From positions 648,155-712,154 of the forward strand of contig CAVRTH010000005.1 in the NCBI GenBank assembly GCA_963724095.1: a DNA stretch of 64,000 bases, given 5' to 3'. Each line of letters starts with the position of its first letter. Within the stretch, counting starts at the first letter, position 1. Of this stretch, positions 38,137 to 48,718 are shown one piece after another. The notes beneath the pieces were generated by a model that worked only from the letters and a program-made list of their open reading frames with translations, made no database searches and was not told the origin of the DNA. Origin of the DNA: an uncultured Chloroflexia bacterium (GTDB lineage Bacteria > Chloroflexota > Limnocylindria > Limnocylindrales > CSP1-4). Made by a program: the position numbers and the translations under genes.

Positions 38137-39018
38137 ATGTCAGATACTGGGTGCATGCTCGACTCGCGCCTCCCCCGCCTGCCCGACGACTGGGCGGTCT
38201 GGGCATTCAGCGATGCCCATGGCGTGACCTCCGGACTGACCGCGGCACTCCGCGAAGCCGGGCTCATCGATCAGCAGGCGCGCTGGGTGGCGCCGCCAGG
38301 CACGGCCCTTGTCGGCTGCGGGGATTACATCGACCGCGGCGGCGACATCCGCAGCCTCGTCGCCCTCCTGCGACGTCTGGAGGCCGAGGCCGAGGCTGCC
38401 GGCAGCGCCGTGGTCCTGGCACGCGGCAACCATGAGCTCATGCCACTCATGGCCCGGCGCGGCGAGCACGAGTGGCTGGAGACTTGGCTCGAATACGGCG
38501 GGGATGCCACGGTGGCGTCGTATGGCTGCAGCGCTGAGGCTGCCATGGACCCGGAGCGGATGACGGCGATGATGGAGGCCTGCGCACCCGGTCTCTTCGA
38601 CTGGCTCGACTCCCTCCCCCAGGTGGTCCGCTGGCGAGACGTGCTGTTCGTGCACGCAGGACTGGCGCCTGGCTTCGGCCCCGATGACCTCGGCGTCACG
38701 ACTGAGGAGCACCTGTGGGTGCGCTCGGGCTTCTTCGATGCGGACTGGGACTCCGGCGCGTTCGACGCCTACCGCGTCGCGGGCATCGAGCGGGTGGTCT
38801 TCGGTCACACGCCCCAGTGGGATGGGCCGACGCTGTTCCACGATGGCCACTCGTTGAACATCGACACCAACGCGGTGGGCAATCCCCGCATGCCCGATCA
38901 CGCTGTCCAGGAGCTGACACTGCTCGGCCTGGCCGACTCAGGATCCTTCGACGATGCCCGCTTCATCACGATCCCGACCACGGATCTGCCCGACACCATG
39001 CGCCCTGTAGCGCGCTGA
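38137..39018 (+). CDS. Metallophosphoesterase (PrpE/ApaH-like Ser/Thr or diadenosine-polyphosphate phosphatase)
   Basis: DAHG, GDYIDRGG, GNHE and FVHAG motifs. Confidence 0.8.
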   Translation: MSDTGCMLDSRLPRLPDDWAVWAFSDAHGVTSGLTAALREAGLIDQQARWVAPPGTALVGCGDYIDRGGDIRSLVALLRRLEAEAEAAGSAVVLARGNHELMPLMARRGEHEWLETWLEYGGDATVASYGCSAEAAMDPERMTAMMEACAPGLFDWLDSLPQVVRWRDVLFVHAGLAPGFGPDDLGVTTEEHLWVRSGFFDADWDSGAFDAYRVAGIERVVFGHTPQWDGPTLFHDGHSLNIDTNAVGNPRMPDHAVQELTLLGLADSGSFDDARFITIPTTDLPDTMRPVAR

Positions 39019-39027
39019 CGCAGGTCG

Positions 39028-40161
39028 CTAGCGCTCTGCCTGCAACCGTAGCGACTGCGCCAGCGACGTTCGGGCGCGTTCCACGTTGCGTTCCACCAGT
39101 ACCTCTGGGTCGGGCGCCACGCTGCCCGGCGGGTCGATCAGACTCATCGGCAGGGGTGCCTGCCCGAAGGCTTCAGCCTCGGGACCCCAGCGCTCGCGCC
39201 ACGTATCGGGAGTCGACTCTGGCGGCTCCTGGTGTGCCTGCGCCAGCCAGACCAGCGACCACGCCCTGGGCACCACTCGGAAGGCATCGTAGCCACCACC
39301 GCCGGTGGCCAACCAGCGGCCTCCGGCGTGCTGGTGCGCCAACCGGTCGACCAGCTCGGCGGCGCGCCAGAAAGCAGCAGTGGTGAGGCGGAGATGTGCC
39401 AGTGGGTCAAGCGCATGTCCGTCACAGCCATGCTGCGACACCACGAAGGTGGGCCCGAAGGCCTCGGCAAGGGGCGGTAGCACCGACTCCAACACCGGCC
39501 ACCAGCTCTCATCACCCGATCCCTCGTCGAGCGGTGTGTTCACCGCCAGCCCGGTCGCCTCGCTGCCGCCACTCTCGTCGATCATGCCGCTGCCCGGGTA
39601 GAGCGACCGTCCCGACTCGTGGATGGAGTACGTCAGCACCTGCGGGTCATCCCAGAAGAACGCCTGTGTCCCGTCGCCGTGGTGCACGTCAAGGTCCACG
39701 TAGAGCACCCGATGCCCAGCATCACGCGCCCTCGCCACGGCCAGCGCGACGTCGTTGTAGATGCAGAAGCCGGCGGCGCGCGCGCGCATCGCGTGGTGAA
39801 GGCCGCCAGCGGGCGAGAAGGCGTGTTTGGCCTCTCCGGCGAGGATGCGCCCGACCGCACCGACCGAGCCGCCCACGACCAGTGCAGAAACCTCGTGCAT
39901 GCCGTGGAACGCCGGCACATCGCCGCTACCCACGCCCATCGCCGCCGGCTGCCAGGGATGGTCGGAGAACGAATGCACCTGCTCGATGTAATGCCACGCG
40001 TGCAACCGAGCGATCTCCTCGTCGGTAGCTTGTTCGGGCGCCACCACCCTTCCCGCGCCGAATGCCCGCATGAGGTTCACGCCGGGCCCGAAACGCTTGG
40101 GTGTCAGCGGGTGGCCAGGGCCGAAGTCGTAATCGCGAAGTGCATCGCTCCAAACGAGCAT
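39028..40161 (-). CDS. acuC: Histone-deacetylase-family protein (acetoin utilisation AcuC-like)
   Basis: GGLHHAMRARAAGFCIYNDVALAV and DLDVHHGDGTQ motifs. ATG at 40161 (MLVWSD). Confidence 0.85.
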   Translation of the reverse strand: MLVWSDALRDYDFGPGHPLTPKRFGPGVNLMRAFGAGRVVAPEQATDEEIARLHAWHYIEQVHSFSDHPWQPAAMGVGSGDVPAFHGMHEVSALVVGGSVGAVGRILAGEAKHAFSPAGGLHHAMRARAAGFCIYNDVALAVARARDAGHRVLYVDLDVHHGDGTQAFFWDDPQVLTYSIHESGRSLYPGSGMIDESGGSEATGLAVNTPLDEGSGDESWWPVLESVLPPLAEAFGPTFVVSQHGCDGHALDPLAHLRLTTAAFWRAAELVDRLAHQHAGGRWLATGGGGYDAFRVVPRAWSLVWLAQAHQEPPESTPDTWRERWGPEAEAFGQAPLPMSLIDPPGSVAPDPEVLVERNVERARTSLAQSLRLQAER

Positions 40162-40180
40162 TGGCGCCTCGCTCGAAGCG

Positions 40181-40825
40181 TCACTCAAGGGCGGGCTCCC
40201 AGGCGCTCTCGCCAAGTGCAGCCGAGAAGGCCTTGGCAGGACTCTCTCCGCGCTCGAGGCGCACCGCGTAGTCGGCCACGAAGGCGGCGAAGTCAGCGTC
40301 GTCGGTGGCCACCGTGACGACGTCAGGGACGGCCTCGTCGTCCTCCACGGTGGGCCGCTCCAGGAGTGTCACGGCGGGGCCCAAGGAGTCCAGCTCGACG
40401 CTGCCAGCCGGAGCCAGCACGACCACGGCAGCGCCATGGTACTCGGCTGCCTCCTGCGCTTTGGCCAACGCTCCTGGCGCCAATGCGGCAGCGACGACCA
40501 GGACCCGGCACTCGTGCATGTAGCGCAGGCCCAGCTCGACATCGGCGGCATCCAGCCGAGGTAGTGGTCGCAGGCCGCGCGGCTGCCCCACCAGCGGGGT
40601 GCGGGCCGCCGGATCACGCAGAAGCGCAGCATGGCCGACACCGGCGCGACCCAGCTCCACCACGATGTGGTCACCCTCGGGGTCGTCACCGATACTGCCG
40701 ACCAACTCCACCTCGACACCAGCGTGGGCAACGGCCAACGCCAGTTCCACGGCCAAGCCGCCCGGCGCGAGCTCGCCGTCCGGCTCCGGTCGGTAGACAT
40801 GAGGGCGCCCAAGGACCACGATCAT
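40181..40825 (-). CDS. Hypothetical protein with PfkB/ribokinase-like N-terminal pattern
   Basis: MIVVLG...GGLAVELALAVAHAGVEVELVGSIGDDPEGD resembles the start of PfkB kinases. The protein is short (214 aa), and I see no C-terminal kinase motifs. Confidence 0.4.
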   Translation of the reverse strand: MIVVLGRPHVYRPEPDGELAPGGLAVELALAVAHAGVEVELVGSIGDDPEGDHIVVELGRAGVGHAALLRDPAARTPLVGQPRGLRPLPRLDAADVELGLRYMHECRVLVVAAALAPGALAKAQEAAEYHGAAVVVLAPAGSVELDSLGPAVTLLERPTVEDDEAVPDVVTVATDDADFAAFVADYAVRLERGESPAKAFSAALGESAWEPALE

Positions 40826-40853
40826 CCACGCACCGCCGTGGCTGTGGACTCGA

Positions 40854-42269
40854 TCACGTCACGCCACCTCCGGCGCCACTGAAGCCTTCGTCATGCACGA
40901 CTTCCACCTCGACATGACCGGCTGCTGTGAGCGCCTTCTCGAACTTCGCCACGTCCCCGACGACCACGATCGCGGCTCGCTCGGGGTCGATATGGGCTTG
41001 CGCCGCAGCTTGCACGTCCGCCGCCGACACAGCCGCGATGGTGGGGCGGTATCGATCCAACTCGTCGTCAGGAAGCTCCTGCACGACCAAGCCCGCGAGC
41101 GCGCCGGCCACCTGCGCAGAGGTCTCGAAACGCAAGGGAAAGACGCCCACGAGATAGTCGCGGGCAGCGTCCAATTCGGCGGCCGTCGGGGGCGCCTCGC
41201 GGACTCGGGCGAGCTCGGCCATGATGTCGGCCACCGCGGCGGCGGTGACATCTGATTCGACCGCGCAACGCACCACGAAGGGCCCTGCGGCGCGCCGCAT
41301 GTCGAAACTGGAGGTCACGCCGTAGGTGTAGCCGCGCTCCTCGCGCAGGAGTCGGTTGAGTCGCGAGTTGAAGAGCCCACCCAGCAGCGCGTTGGCGACC
41401 GAGAGCGCATGGAAGTCATCGATGCGTCGGCTCGTTCCGACGTGGCCGATGCGAATCTCCGATTGCGGCGCCCCAGGGCGGTCCACGAGCACGACACGTC
41501 GGCTGCCCGCCGGCTCGTCCGGCGCGGCGTCCGGCGCCACGACCGCCTCGGCCTCGGAGGCCCACTGGCTGAAGGAAGCGGCGACGATATCGTCGAGCGG
41601 GAGGCCATCGAGATCGCCGCAGAGGATGAGGGTGCAGGCATCCGGGCGCATCAGTCGCGCGTGGCGAGCGGCGAGGACATCGCGATCGATGGGCGCCACC
41701 GTCTCCTCAACGCCGCCAAGGGGTCGTGCGTAGGGAGCGTCATCGGCGTAGATGACGGCCGGGAAGGCCTTCTCGGCGCGGCGCCGTGAGTCGGCCATCA
41801 CGTGTCGGAGGTCATTGAGCCGCTCATCCCGAAGGCGCTCCACCTCGCGTGCGGGAAAGCTCGGTCGCAGCGCCATCTCGGCGAACAGCGTCATCGCCGA
41901 CGCCAGGTGCGTGCGCGGTACCTCCACGTGCACGGTCAGGCTATCCCAGCCGACTGAAGCGCCCATCTCCGCGCCAAGCCGTTCGCATGCCTCCACGAAG
42001 GCCACTGCATCACGGACGGTGGTGCCCTCCGACATGGCGCGTCCGGCAAGGACGGTGGCGCCGGCATGTTCTGGTGCTTCGGATGTGGCGCCGCCACCAG
42101 CGTCGCCGCGAACCAGCAGCTGCGCCTGCAGGAGCGGGCGCCCGGGTACATGGGCGCGGATGACGGAGAGGCCGTTGTCCAGACGGGTGCGGTCGAACGA
42201 TGGGAAGTCGTACGCTCGAGGCTTCCCCGGCAGCGGACGTTGGTCGAGGACGGCGAGCGAGTCGTTCAC
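40854..42269 (-). CDS. M16-family peptidase-like subunit without HxxEH (non-catalytic partner)
   Basis: Insulinase-fold length and pattern. The position of the HxxEH motif reads AGATVLAGRAMSEGT. ATGA-type overlap with the upstream M16 gene (42266-42269). Confidence 0.8.
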   Translation of the reverse strand: MNDSLAVLDQRPLPGKPRAYDFPSFDRTRLDNGLSVIRAHVPGRPLLQAQLLVRGDAGGGATSEAPEHAGATVLAGRAMSEGTTVRDAVAFVEACERLGAEMGASVGWDSLTVHVEVPRTHLASAMTLFAEMALRPSFPAREVERLRDERLNDLRHVMADSRRRAEKAFPAVIYADDAPYARPLGGVEETVAPIDRDVLAARHARLMRPDACTLILCGDLDGLPLDDIVAASFSQWASEAEAVVAPDAAPDEPAGSRRVVLVDRPGAPQSEIRIGHVGTSRRIDDFHALSVANALLGGLFNSRLNRLLREERGYTYGVTSSFDMRRAAGPFVVRCAVESDVTAAAVADIMAELARVREAPPTAAELDAARDYLVGVFPLRFETSAQVAGALAGLVVQELPDDELDRYRPTIAAVSAADVQAAAQAHIDPERAAIVVVGDVAKFEKALTAAGHVEVEVVHDEGFSGAGGGVT

Positions 42270-43591
42270 GCCGCAGCCTCCTCGACCCGACGGGGGACGT
42301 AGGTGATGGTGGCGCGCTCACCACTGCCGAAGACAGTCCTGCATACGTCGCGCACCGCCTCCGCGTCGACCGCCAGATAGCGACCCAGTTGCTCGTTGAT
42401 CAGTTCGGGCCGGTCGAAGTAGGTGGCGTACATCGAGAGTCGGTCGGCAACCTCATCCATGTGTGAGAGGGCAGATAGTTCGGCTGACTCCATGAGCGCG
42501 TGCGCGCGTGCCAGCTCGTCATCGGTCACCGGCTCGTGCGTCATCCGGCGCAGCTCTTCATCCAGCATGGCCTCGACGGTCGCAGCGTCGGATCCCGGCC
42601 GGGCGGTGACCCACCCCGCTGCGATCGACGAGCCGGCGACCAGCGGCAGGGCGAACATCGCCACATCGTGGGCGGCCTGCTCGTGGCGAACAAGGCGCTT
42701 GTGAAGGCGGCTGCCACGGCCACCCGCCAGGATCTGCGTCGCGACCTCGAGGGCATCGAACTCGCGTGTCCCGAAGGCTGGGCAGCGGTAGCCCACGTGG
42801 ACCCGCTCGAGCGGGACGTCGTCGGCTACGACCTCCCGCGACCCCAGCAGGCGCTGCGCCGACGGCCGGCGGAAGGTGGGAAGGTCGGCGTTTGGCTCGA
42901 TCGGGCCGAAGTAACGCTCCACGGCCTCGATCACTGGTGCTTCGTCCACGTCGCCGGCCACGCTGAGCACGGCATTGTTGGGTACGTAGTAGGTGCGGAA
43001 GAATGCCTCCACGTCCGCAAGGCTGGCAGCATCAAGATCTGCCATCGAACCGATGGGCGTGTGGTGGTAGGGATGGCCGGGCGAGAACACTGCCGCCATG
43101 AGCTTCTCGTAGAAGGAGCCGTAGGGACGGTTGTCGTACGACTGGCGTTTCTCGTTCTTGACCACGTCGCGCTGGTTGTCCAGGTTCTCCTGCGACATCG
43201 CGTCGAGCAGCGTGGCCATGCGGTCGGCCTCCAGCCACAGGCCCAGCTGCAGCTGGTGTGACGGGAGCGTTTCGAAATAGTTGGTGCGGTCGAAGTAGGT
43301 CGAGGCGTTGAGCACGCCCCCGGCGCCCTGCACGATGCCCAGGTGTTCGGCCTTGGCCACGTGCCGGCTGCCCTGGAACATGAAGTGCTCGAAGAGGTGC
43401 GCGAAGCCGGTCTTGCCGGACTGCTCGTGCTTGGAGCCGACGTCATACCAGAGGTTGATGGCGACGACGGGCGCGACCCGGTCGGGTGCGATGATGAGGC
43501 GCAAGCCGTTGGCGAGCGTGTGCTGGCTGAAGCGGACGTGGGACCTGTCGTTCACGACGACGCGGCCATCAGAACGTTGGGCATCGGCCAA
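42266..43591 (-). CDS. M16-family zinc peptidase (catalytic subunit)
   Basis: GFAHLFEHFMFQGS contains HxxEH. Confidence 0.88.
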   Translation of the reverse strand: MADAQRSDGRVVVNDRSHVRFSQHTLANGLRLIIAPDRVAPVVAINLWYDVGSKHEQSGKTGFAHLFEHFMFQGSRHVAKAEHLGIVQGAGGVLNASTYFDRTNYFETLPSHQLQLGLWLEADRMATLLDAMSQENLDNQRDVVKNEKRQSYDNRPYGSFYEKLMAAVFSPGHPYHHTPIGSMADLDAASLADVEAFFRTYYVPNNAVLSVAGDVDEAPVIEAVERYFGPIEPNADLPTFRRPSAQRLLGSREVVADDVPLERVHVGYRCPAFGTREFDALEVATQILAGGRGSRLHKRLVRHEQAAHDVAMFALPLVAGSSIAAGWVTARPGSDAATVEAMLDEELRRMTHEPVTDDELARAHALMESAELSALSHMDEVADRLSMYATYFDRPELINEQLGRYLAVDAEAVRDVCRTVFGSGERATITYVPRRVEEAAA

Positions 43592-43659
43592 TCCTAGCGG
43601 GCAGCGGCCGGGACGGCCGCGGAGCAGCAGTGCCCGTGCAGATGGAAGCGATCACCACC

Positions 43660-44730
43660 CTAGCGGGACTGATACTGGATCTCGCGCGCGACCGGCAGGG
43701 CCTCGGGATGCTTTTCCTGCAGGAAGGTGATGAGCTTCTCGCGGACCAGGCACTGGAGGTCCCACGAGACGCTCGAGTCGGGCGCGCTGTAGACGGCTCT
43801 CACGGTGATGCTGCGATCGTCTGCGCCAGTGACCAGGATGCTCCAGGACTCACCGTCCCACAGGCCGGAGTCGTCCAGGATCCGTTTGAATTCGGCGCGG
43901 ATCTCATCCACGGGGGCGCGGTAGTCGCAGTAGATCTTGACCACACCCAGCAAGTCCGTGGTCTTGCGAGTCCAGTTCTCGACCGGCTGGTTGACGATCT
44001 GGCTCAAGGGCACGATGAGGCGACGCTTGTCCCAGATGTAGACCACCACGTAGGCCGCGGTGATCTCGCCGATACGACCCCACTCCCCATCGATGACGAC
44101 GACATCGCCGATCTTGATGGGCTGGGTGAAGGCGATCTGGATACCAGCGATGAAGTTGCCGATGAGTGGGCCGGCGGCCACGCCGAGCACGATGCCGATG
44201 ACGCCGGCACCAGCGAGCAGACTGGCGGCCAGCGGCTGCACGCCGGGAATGGTCAACAAAGCGATGGAAACGGCGATGAGCCAGATGATGATGGAGCCGA
44301 AGCGCTGCAAGACAGCCAACTGGGTGCGGAGCTGCCGGGCTTCGAGGATGTCCACGTCGTCGGGGAATCGTTCTCGCGCGACGTCTTCGCCCACGAGGGT
44401 CAGGGACACCGCCAGCCATCCGAGGCCGATGATGCCGATGAAGATGACCGCCCGCCGGACCCAGTCGGCCGCCTCTACGCCCATCAGGACGGTCGAGAGG
44501 AATACCGCGACCAGCACGAACAGCAGGCGCATCGGGTTGCGGGTGCGGTAGACGACGTACTCGTCAAGCCTGGACTCGGTACGCCCGACGAGCCGGATCG
44601 TGATCCGCCATGTCACCCAGTGGATGGCCAAACCGATGAGCACCGCGACGATGACGAGGCCGACCGCCCCCAGGTTACCCAGACCATCACGGATCTCGAC
44701 GATCAAGTCCACACCTCCCTCTCGACGCAC
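43660..44730 (-). CDS. MscS-family mechanosensitive channel
   Basis: N-terminal TM helices, then the conserved beta-domain pattern IKIGDVVVIDGEWGRIGEITAAYVVV. Confidence 0.85.
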   Translation of the reverse strand: MRREGGVDLIVEIRDGLGNLGAVGLVIVAVLIGLAIHWVTWRITIRLVGRTESRLDEYVVYRTRNPMRLLFVLVAVFLSTVLMGVEAADWVRRAVIFIGIIGLGWLAVSLTLVGEDVARERFPDDVDILEARQLRTQLAVLQRFGSIIIWLIAVSIALLTIPGVQPLAASLLAGAGVIGIVLGVAAGPLIGNFIAGIQIAFTQPIKIGDVVVIDGEWGRIGEITAAYVVVYIWDKRRLIVPLSQIVNQPVENWTRKTTDLLGVVKIYCDYRAPVDEIRAEFKRILDDSGLWDGESWSILVTGADDRSITVRAVYSAPDSSVSWDLQCLVREKLITFLQEKHPEALPVAREIQYQSR

Positions 44731-44763
44731 GCTCGACTGGACGGTCCCTCACACCATAGCGAG

Positions 44764-45270
44764 TCATGCCAGTCCCATGTCTGCGTCCCGTATCGGCACG
44801 ATGGCGGCAAAGCCTTCGGCCGGCAGCTGCTTCATGGCCGTGCGCATCTCGCGGTAGTGGCGGCGGACCACGTCGGGTGGCACACGGCGGTCCTGCCGCG
44901 CGTCGTTCTGGGCCAAGCAGCGCTTCAGTGACACGTCGAATGCGATGGCCATGGTCGGCTGCCCCGCCGACGCCGCCAGGCGCAGCAGCGAGCGCCGCGC
45001 CTGCTGGGTCAGGTTGGTGGCATCGACCACCGTCAGCAACCCGCGTCGCAAGCGCGCGCGGGCGACGGCGTGGAGCACCCGAAAGGCATCTGCGGTCGCG
45101 GCCTGGTCGGCGGCATCGCCCGCCACCAGCAAACGGTACTCGTCCGAGGAGAGGACTTCGCCGGGCCTGAAGCGGGCGGCCGCCCAGGTCGATTTGCCCG
45201 CACCCGACGGCCCCACCAGCAGCACCAGTCCGTTAGTCGGCAGTTCCTCTGGCAGCGGCCTTGCGGTCAT
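44764..45270 (-). CDS. P-loop kinase (AAA_33 / polynucleotide-kinase-like)
   Basis: LLVGPSGAGKST Walker A, VVDATNL, RVPPDVVRRHY. 4-nt overlap with the carB stop. Confidence 0.7.
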   Translation of the reverse strand: MTARPLPEELPTNGLVLLVGPSGAGKSTWAAARFRPGEVLSSDEYRLLVAGDAADQAATADAFRVLHAVARARLRRGLLTVVDATNLTQQARRSLLRLAASAGQPTMAIAFDVSLKRCLAQNDARQDRRVPPDVVRRHYREMRTAMKQLPAEGFAAIVPIRDADMGLA

Positions 45271-48200
45271 CGCCGCTTCTTCACACTCAGCCAGGCGTCA
45301 AGAGAGCGCACGTCCCCGATGCGGGCCTGTGCCGCGGGCTCGAGGGAGTGTGCCGCCGCGATGGCGCTGTCCATGGTGGTCATGCACAGCACGCCCTCAG
45401 CGATGGCGGCGTGACGGATGGATGCAGCGTCGAGGACGGCACCGGCACGTGGCATGGGCGTGTTGACGATGATCGAGATCTCTCCGCTGGCGATCACCTC
45501 CAACACGCCCCGCCGGTCGCTGTCGTCATCTCCCACGAGTGCGACCTCACGCGCCTCGTGGCCATGGCGCCGCAACGCCGCCGCGGTCCCCGGAGTGGCC
45601 ACGAAGCGATAGCCCGCCGATGACAACGCGGCCCCCAGCTCACCCACGCGTGCCTCATCCCGAGGTGCGACCGAGATGAGAGCCGCGGCCCCATCCGGCC
45701 CCGGCAGCGGTGGCCGCAGGGCCGCCGAGAGGAGTGACTTGGCCAACGCCACACGGGCGTCCTCGTGCAGTCCGATGACCTCGCCGGTCGACTGCATGCC
45801 CGGGCCCAGGACTGGGGTCGACGCCGCGAAGCTTGGCCGTCGAGAACACCGGCGCCTTGACGGCCACGAACGGTGGCTCCGGCAGCAGGCCGCCGGCCCA
45901 GCCCAGGCTCTTGCAGCGAAGCGCCGTGGGCCACCCTCGTGGCGAGGGCCACCATGGGGACGCCGGTGACCTTGGACAGGAAGGGCACCGTTCGGCTGGC
46001 GCGCGGGTTCACCTCCAGGACATAGACTCCGTCGTCACGCACGATGAACTGGGCGTTGACCAGGCCGCGTACGCCGATCTCGAGGCAGATCCGACGCATG
46101 GCCTCCACGATGAGCCCCTGGTCGGCTGCGCTGAGCTGCTGTGGCGGGAAGAAGGCGGTGCTATCGCCGGAGTGCACGCCTGCGCGTTCGACGTGCTCCA
46201 TCAGCCCGGGGATGAGCACCTCGCTGACCGTCGGTGACCGCGTCGATGTCGACCTCCAGCCCTTCGAGGTAGGCGTCGATGCGCACCGGCCGCTGCGTCG
46301 GTCACCACCGTGGCGGCGGCCAGCTGGCGCGCCAGGTCGTCGGGCCCGTAGCAGAAGTCGATGGCCAGGCCGCCGATGACGAAGGATGGTCGCACCAGCA
46401 CCGGATAGCCGATCTCGCTCGGCCACCGCCAGGGCTTCGTCGAGGGAGGTGGCGATCCCGCCGCGCGGCTGCGGGATGCCCAGCGCCTCGATCATGCCCG
46501 CGAAGCGGGTGCGCTCCTCGGTGCGATCGATGCTCTCGACGTCGATACCCGGCAGCGGCACCCCGGCCTCCTCCAGGGTCAGCGCCAGGTTCAGCGGCGT
46601 CTGGCCGCCGAACTGGATGAGCGCCGGGAGCAGCGCGAGTCCCTTCGGCCGTCTCGGCGTCGATGACCTCCAGCACGCTCTCCGCGTCGAGCGGCTCGAA
46701 GTAGAGTCGGGACGAGGCATCGAAGTCGGTGGAAACGGTCTCCGGGTTGGAGTTGATCATCACCGCCGCGCTGCCGTCCTCGCGCAACGTCTGAGCGGCC
46801 TGAACGGCGCAGTAGTCGAACTCGATGCCCTGCCCGATGCGCACCGGCCCGGAGCCGATGACCAGGGCGGCAGGCCGGCGCACCGGCGCAGCCTCGGGCG
46901 GAGACCCGGCGGCCGCGTAGGTCGCGTAGAAGTAGGGGGTCTCGGCGGCGAATTCCGCGGCGCAGGTATCGACCATGGCAAAGCCGGGGCGTAGCCCCAG
47001 GCTGATGGCGGCGATCCGTCACGGCCGTCCCACCCAAGCCGGTCAGAGCACCGATATCACGGTCGCTGAATGCCGCACGCTTGGCCGACACGAGCAGGCC
47101 GTCCGTGAGGCCCCGGCCTTCCTCACGCATGCGGTGCTCCAGCTCAGCCAGGCGTTCCATCTCCGAGAGGAACCACGGCGCGATGCCGGTCACGCGTTGG
47201 ACCTCGGCCGCGGCCACGCCCCGTCGCAGCAGCGCCAGCACCCGCCAGAGGCGTGAGTCGGAGGGCTCCAGGAAGCGCGCCAGCAGCGTGGCACGAGAGG
47301 CCGGCACGGCATCCTCGCCACCCACGGCCACCAGTCCGTCGGGGTCCATGAGCACATCGGCAAAGGCCTCTTCGTGGTTGCGTGGCCGCTGGGGGATGGG
47401 AGCATGCTCGCCCCCGCGGGCTCCGGCCGCCCAACCAGCAAGCACCTCCAGGGTCGGCCACCAGGCCGGATCCTCGGCCAGGAAGCCGGCCCCGGCCTGC
47501 TCCAGGCCGCGCAGGGCCTTGTTCAGGGCGGACCCGAAGGTGCGGTCGATGGCCATGACTTCACCGGTCGCCTTCATCTGTGAGCCGAGAGCACGGTCGG
47601 CGCCGGGGAACTTGTCGAAGGGGAACCGCGGCAGCTTCACCACCACGTAGTCGAGCGCCGGCTCGAAGGCGGCCACGGTGTTGCCGGTGATGGCGTTGGG
47701 GATCTCGTCGAGTCGTCCGCCCGATGGCGATCTGCGCCGCCACGCGGGCGATGGGGTATCCGGTCGCCTTCGAAGCCAGGGCCGAGGAGCGGCTCACTCG
47801 CGGGTTGACCTCGATGACCGCGTATTCGCTCGAGTCGGGCGAGAGCGCGAACTGGACATTGCAGCCACCCTCCACGCCCAGCGCCCGGATGATGTCGAGC
47901 GCCGCCGTCCGCAGCCGCTGATGGACCGGGTCGGGCAGCGTCTGCACCGGCGCCACCACCACCGAGTCTCCGGTGTGAACACCCAGCGGGTCGACGTTCT
48001 CCATCGAGCAGACCGCGATGCAGGTGTCGGCCGCGTCCCGCATGACCTCGTACTCGATCTCCTGCCAGCCGGTCAGGTAGCGCTCCACCATGACCTGGCC
48101 GATGGGGCTCAGCCGCAGGCCGACACGAACACGCTCGTCGAACGCCTCGCGCGTGTCGACGATGCCACCGCCGGTGCCACCCAGCGTGAAGGCAGGACGG

Positions 48201-48718
48201 ACGATGGCCGGCAGGCCGATGTCGTCGAAGGCGCGCTCAGCCGCTGCCGCGCGCTCAGCCACCGTCGAACCTTCGACGATGGCCGAAGGGGCGTAGGGCT
48301 GGCCGATGGAATCGAGCAGGTCACGGAAGCGCTCCCGGTCCTCGGCCATCTCGATGGCCTCGATGGGCGTCCCCAGCAGGCGCGTGCCGCGTGCGCTCCA
48401 GGACACCCGCCGCGGCCACCTCCATCAGCCAGGTTCAGGCCGGTCTGTCCGCCCAGGCCTGCGAGGATGCCATCGGGGTGTTCGATCTCCAGGATGCGCT
48501 CCACCGATGCCACCGTGAGCGGCTCCAGGTAGACGACGTCGGCCACCCCCGGGTCGGTCATGATGGTGGCCGGGTTGGAGTTGAGCAGGATGGTGCGGAT
48601 GCCCTCCTCGCGCAGCGCGCGACAAGCCTGGGTGCCCGCGTAGTCGAACTCGGCCGCCTGGCCGATGACGACGGGACCAGAGCCGATGATGAGGATGGAG
48701 GCGGGCCGCTCGGCTCAT
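45267..48718 (-). pseudogene. carB: Carbamoyl-phosphate synthase large subunit, about 10 frameshifts
   Basis: All CarB modules are recoverable across frames: [19 protein letters not shown]..., [14 protein letters not shown]..., [22 protein letters not shown]..., VDTCAAEF..., [17 protein letters not shown]..., [13 protein letters not shown]..., LEVNPRASRTVPFLSKVTG..., and the MGS-like tail. The shifts are near 48705, 48425, 47725, 47008, 46650, 46410, 46285, 46230, 45900 and 45795. Confidence 0.85.

Noticed and set aside
40854-43591. The active (HxxEH) plus inactive M16 peptidase pair as something unusual.
   Set aside because: An active/inactive heterodimer gene pair is the standard arrangement for bacterial M16B peptidases.
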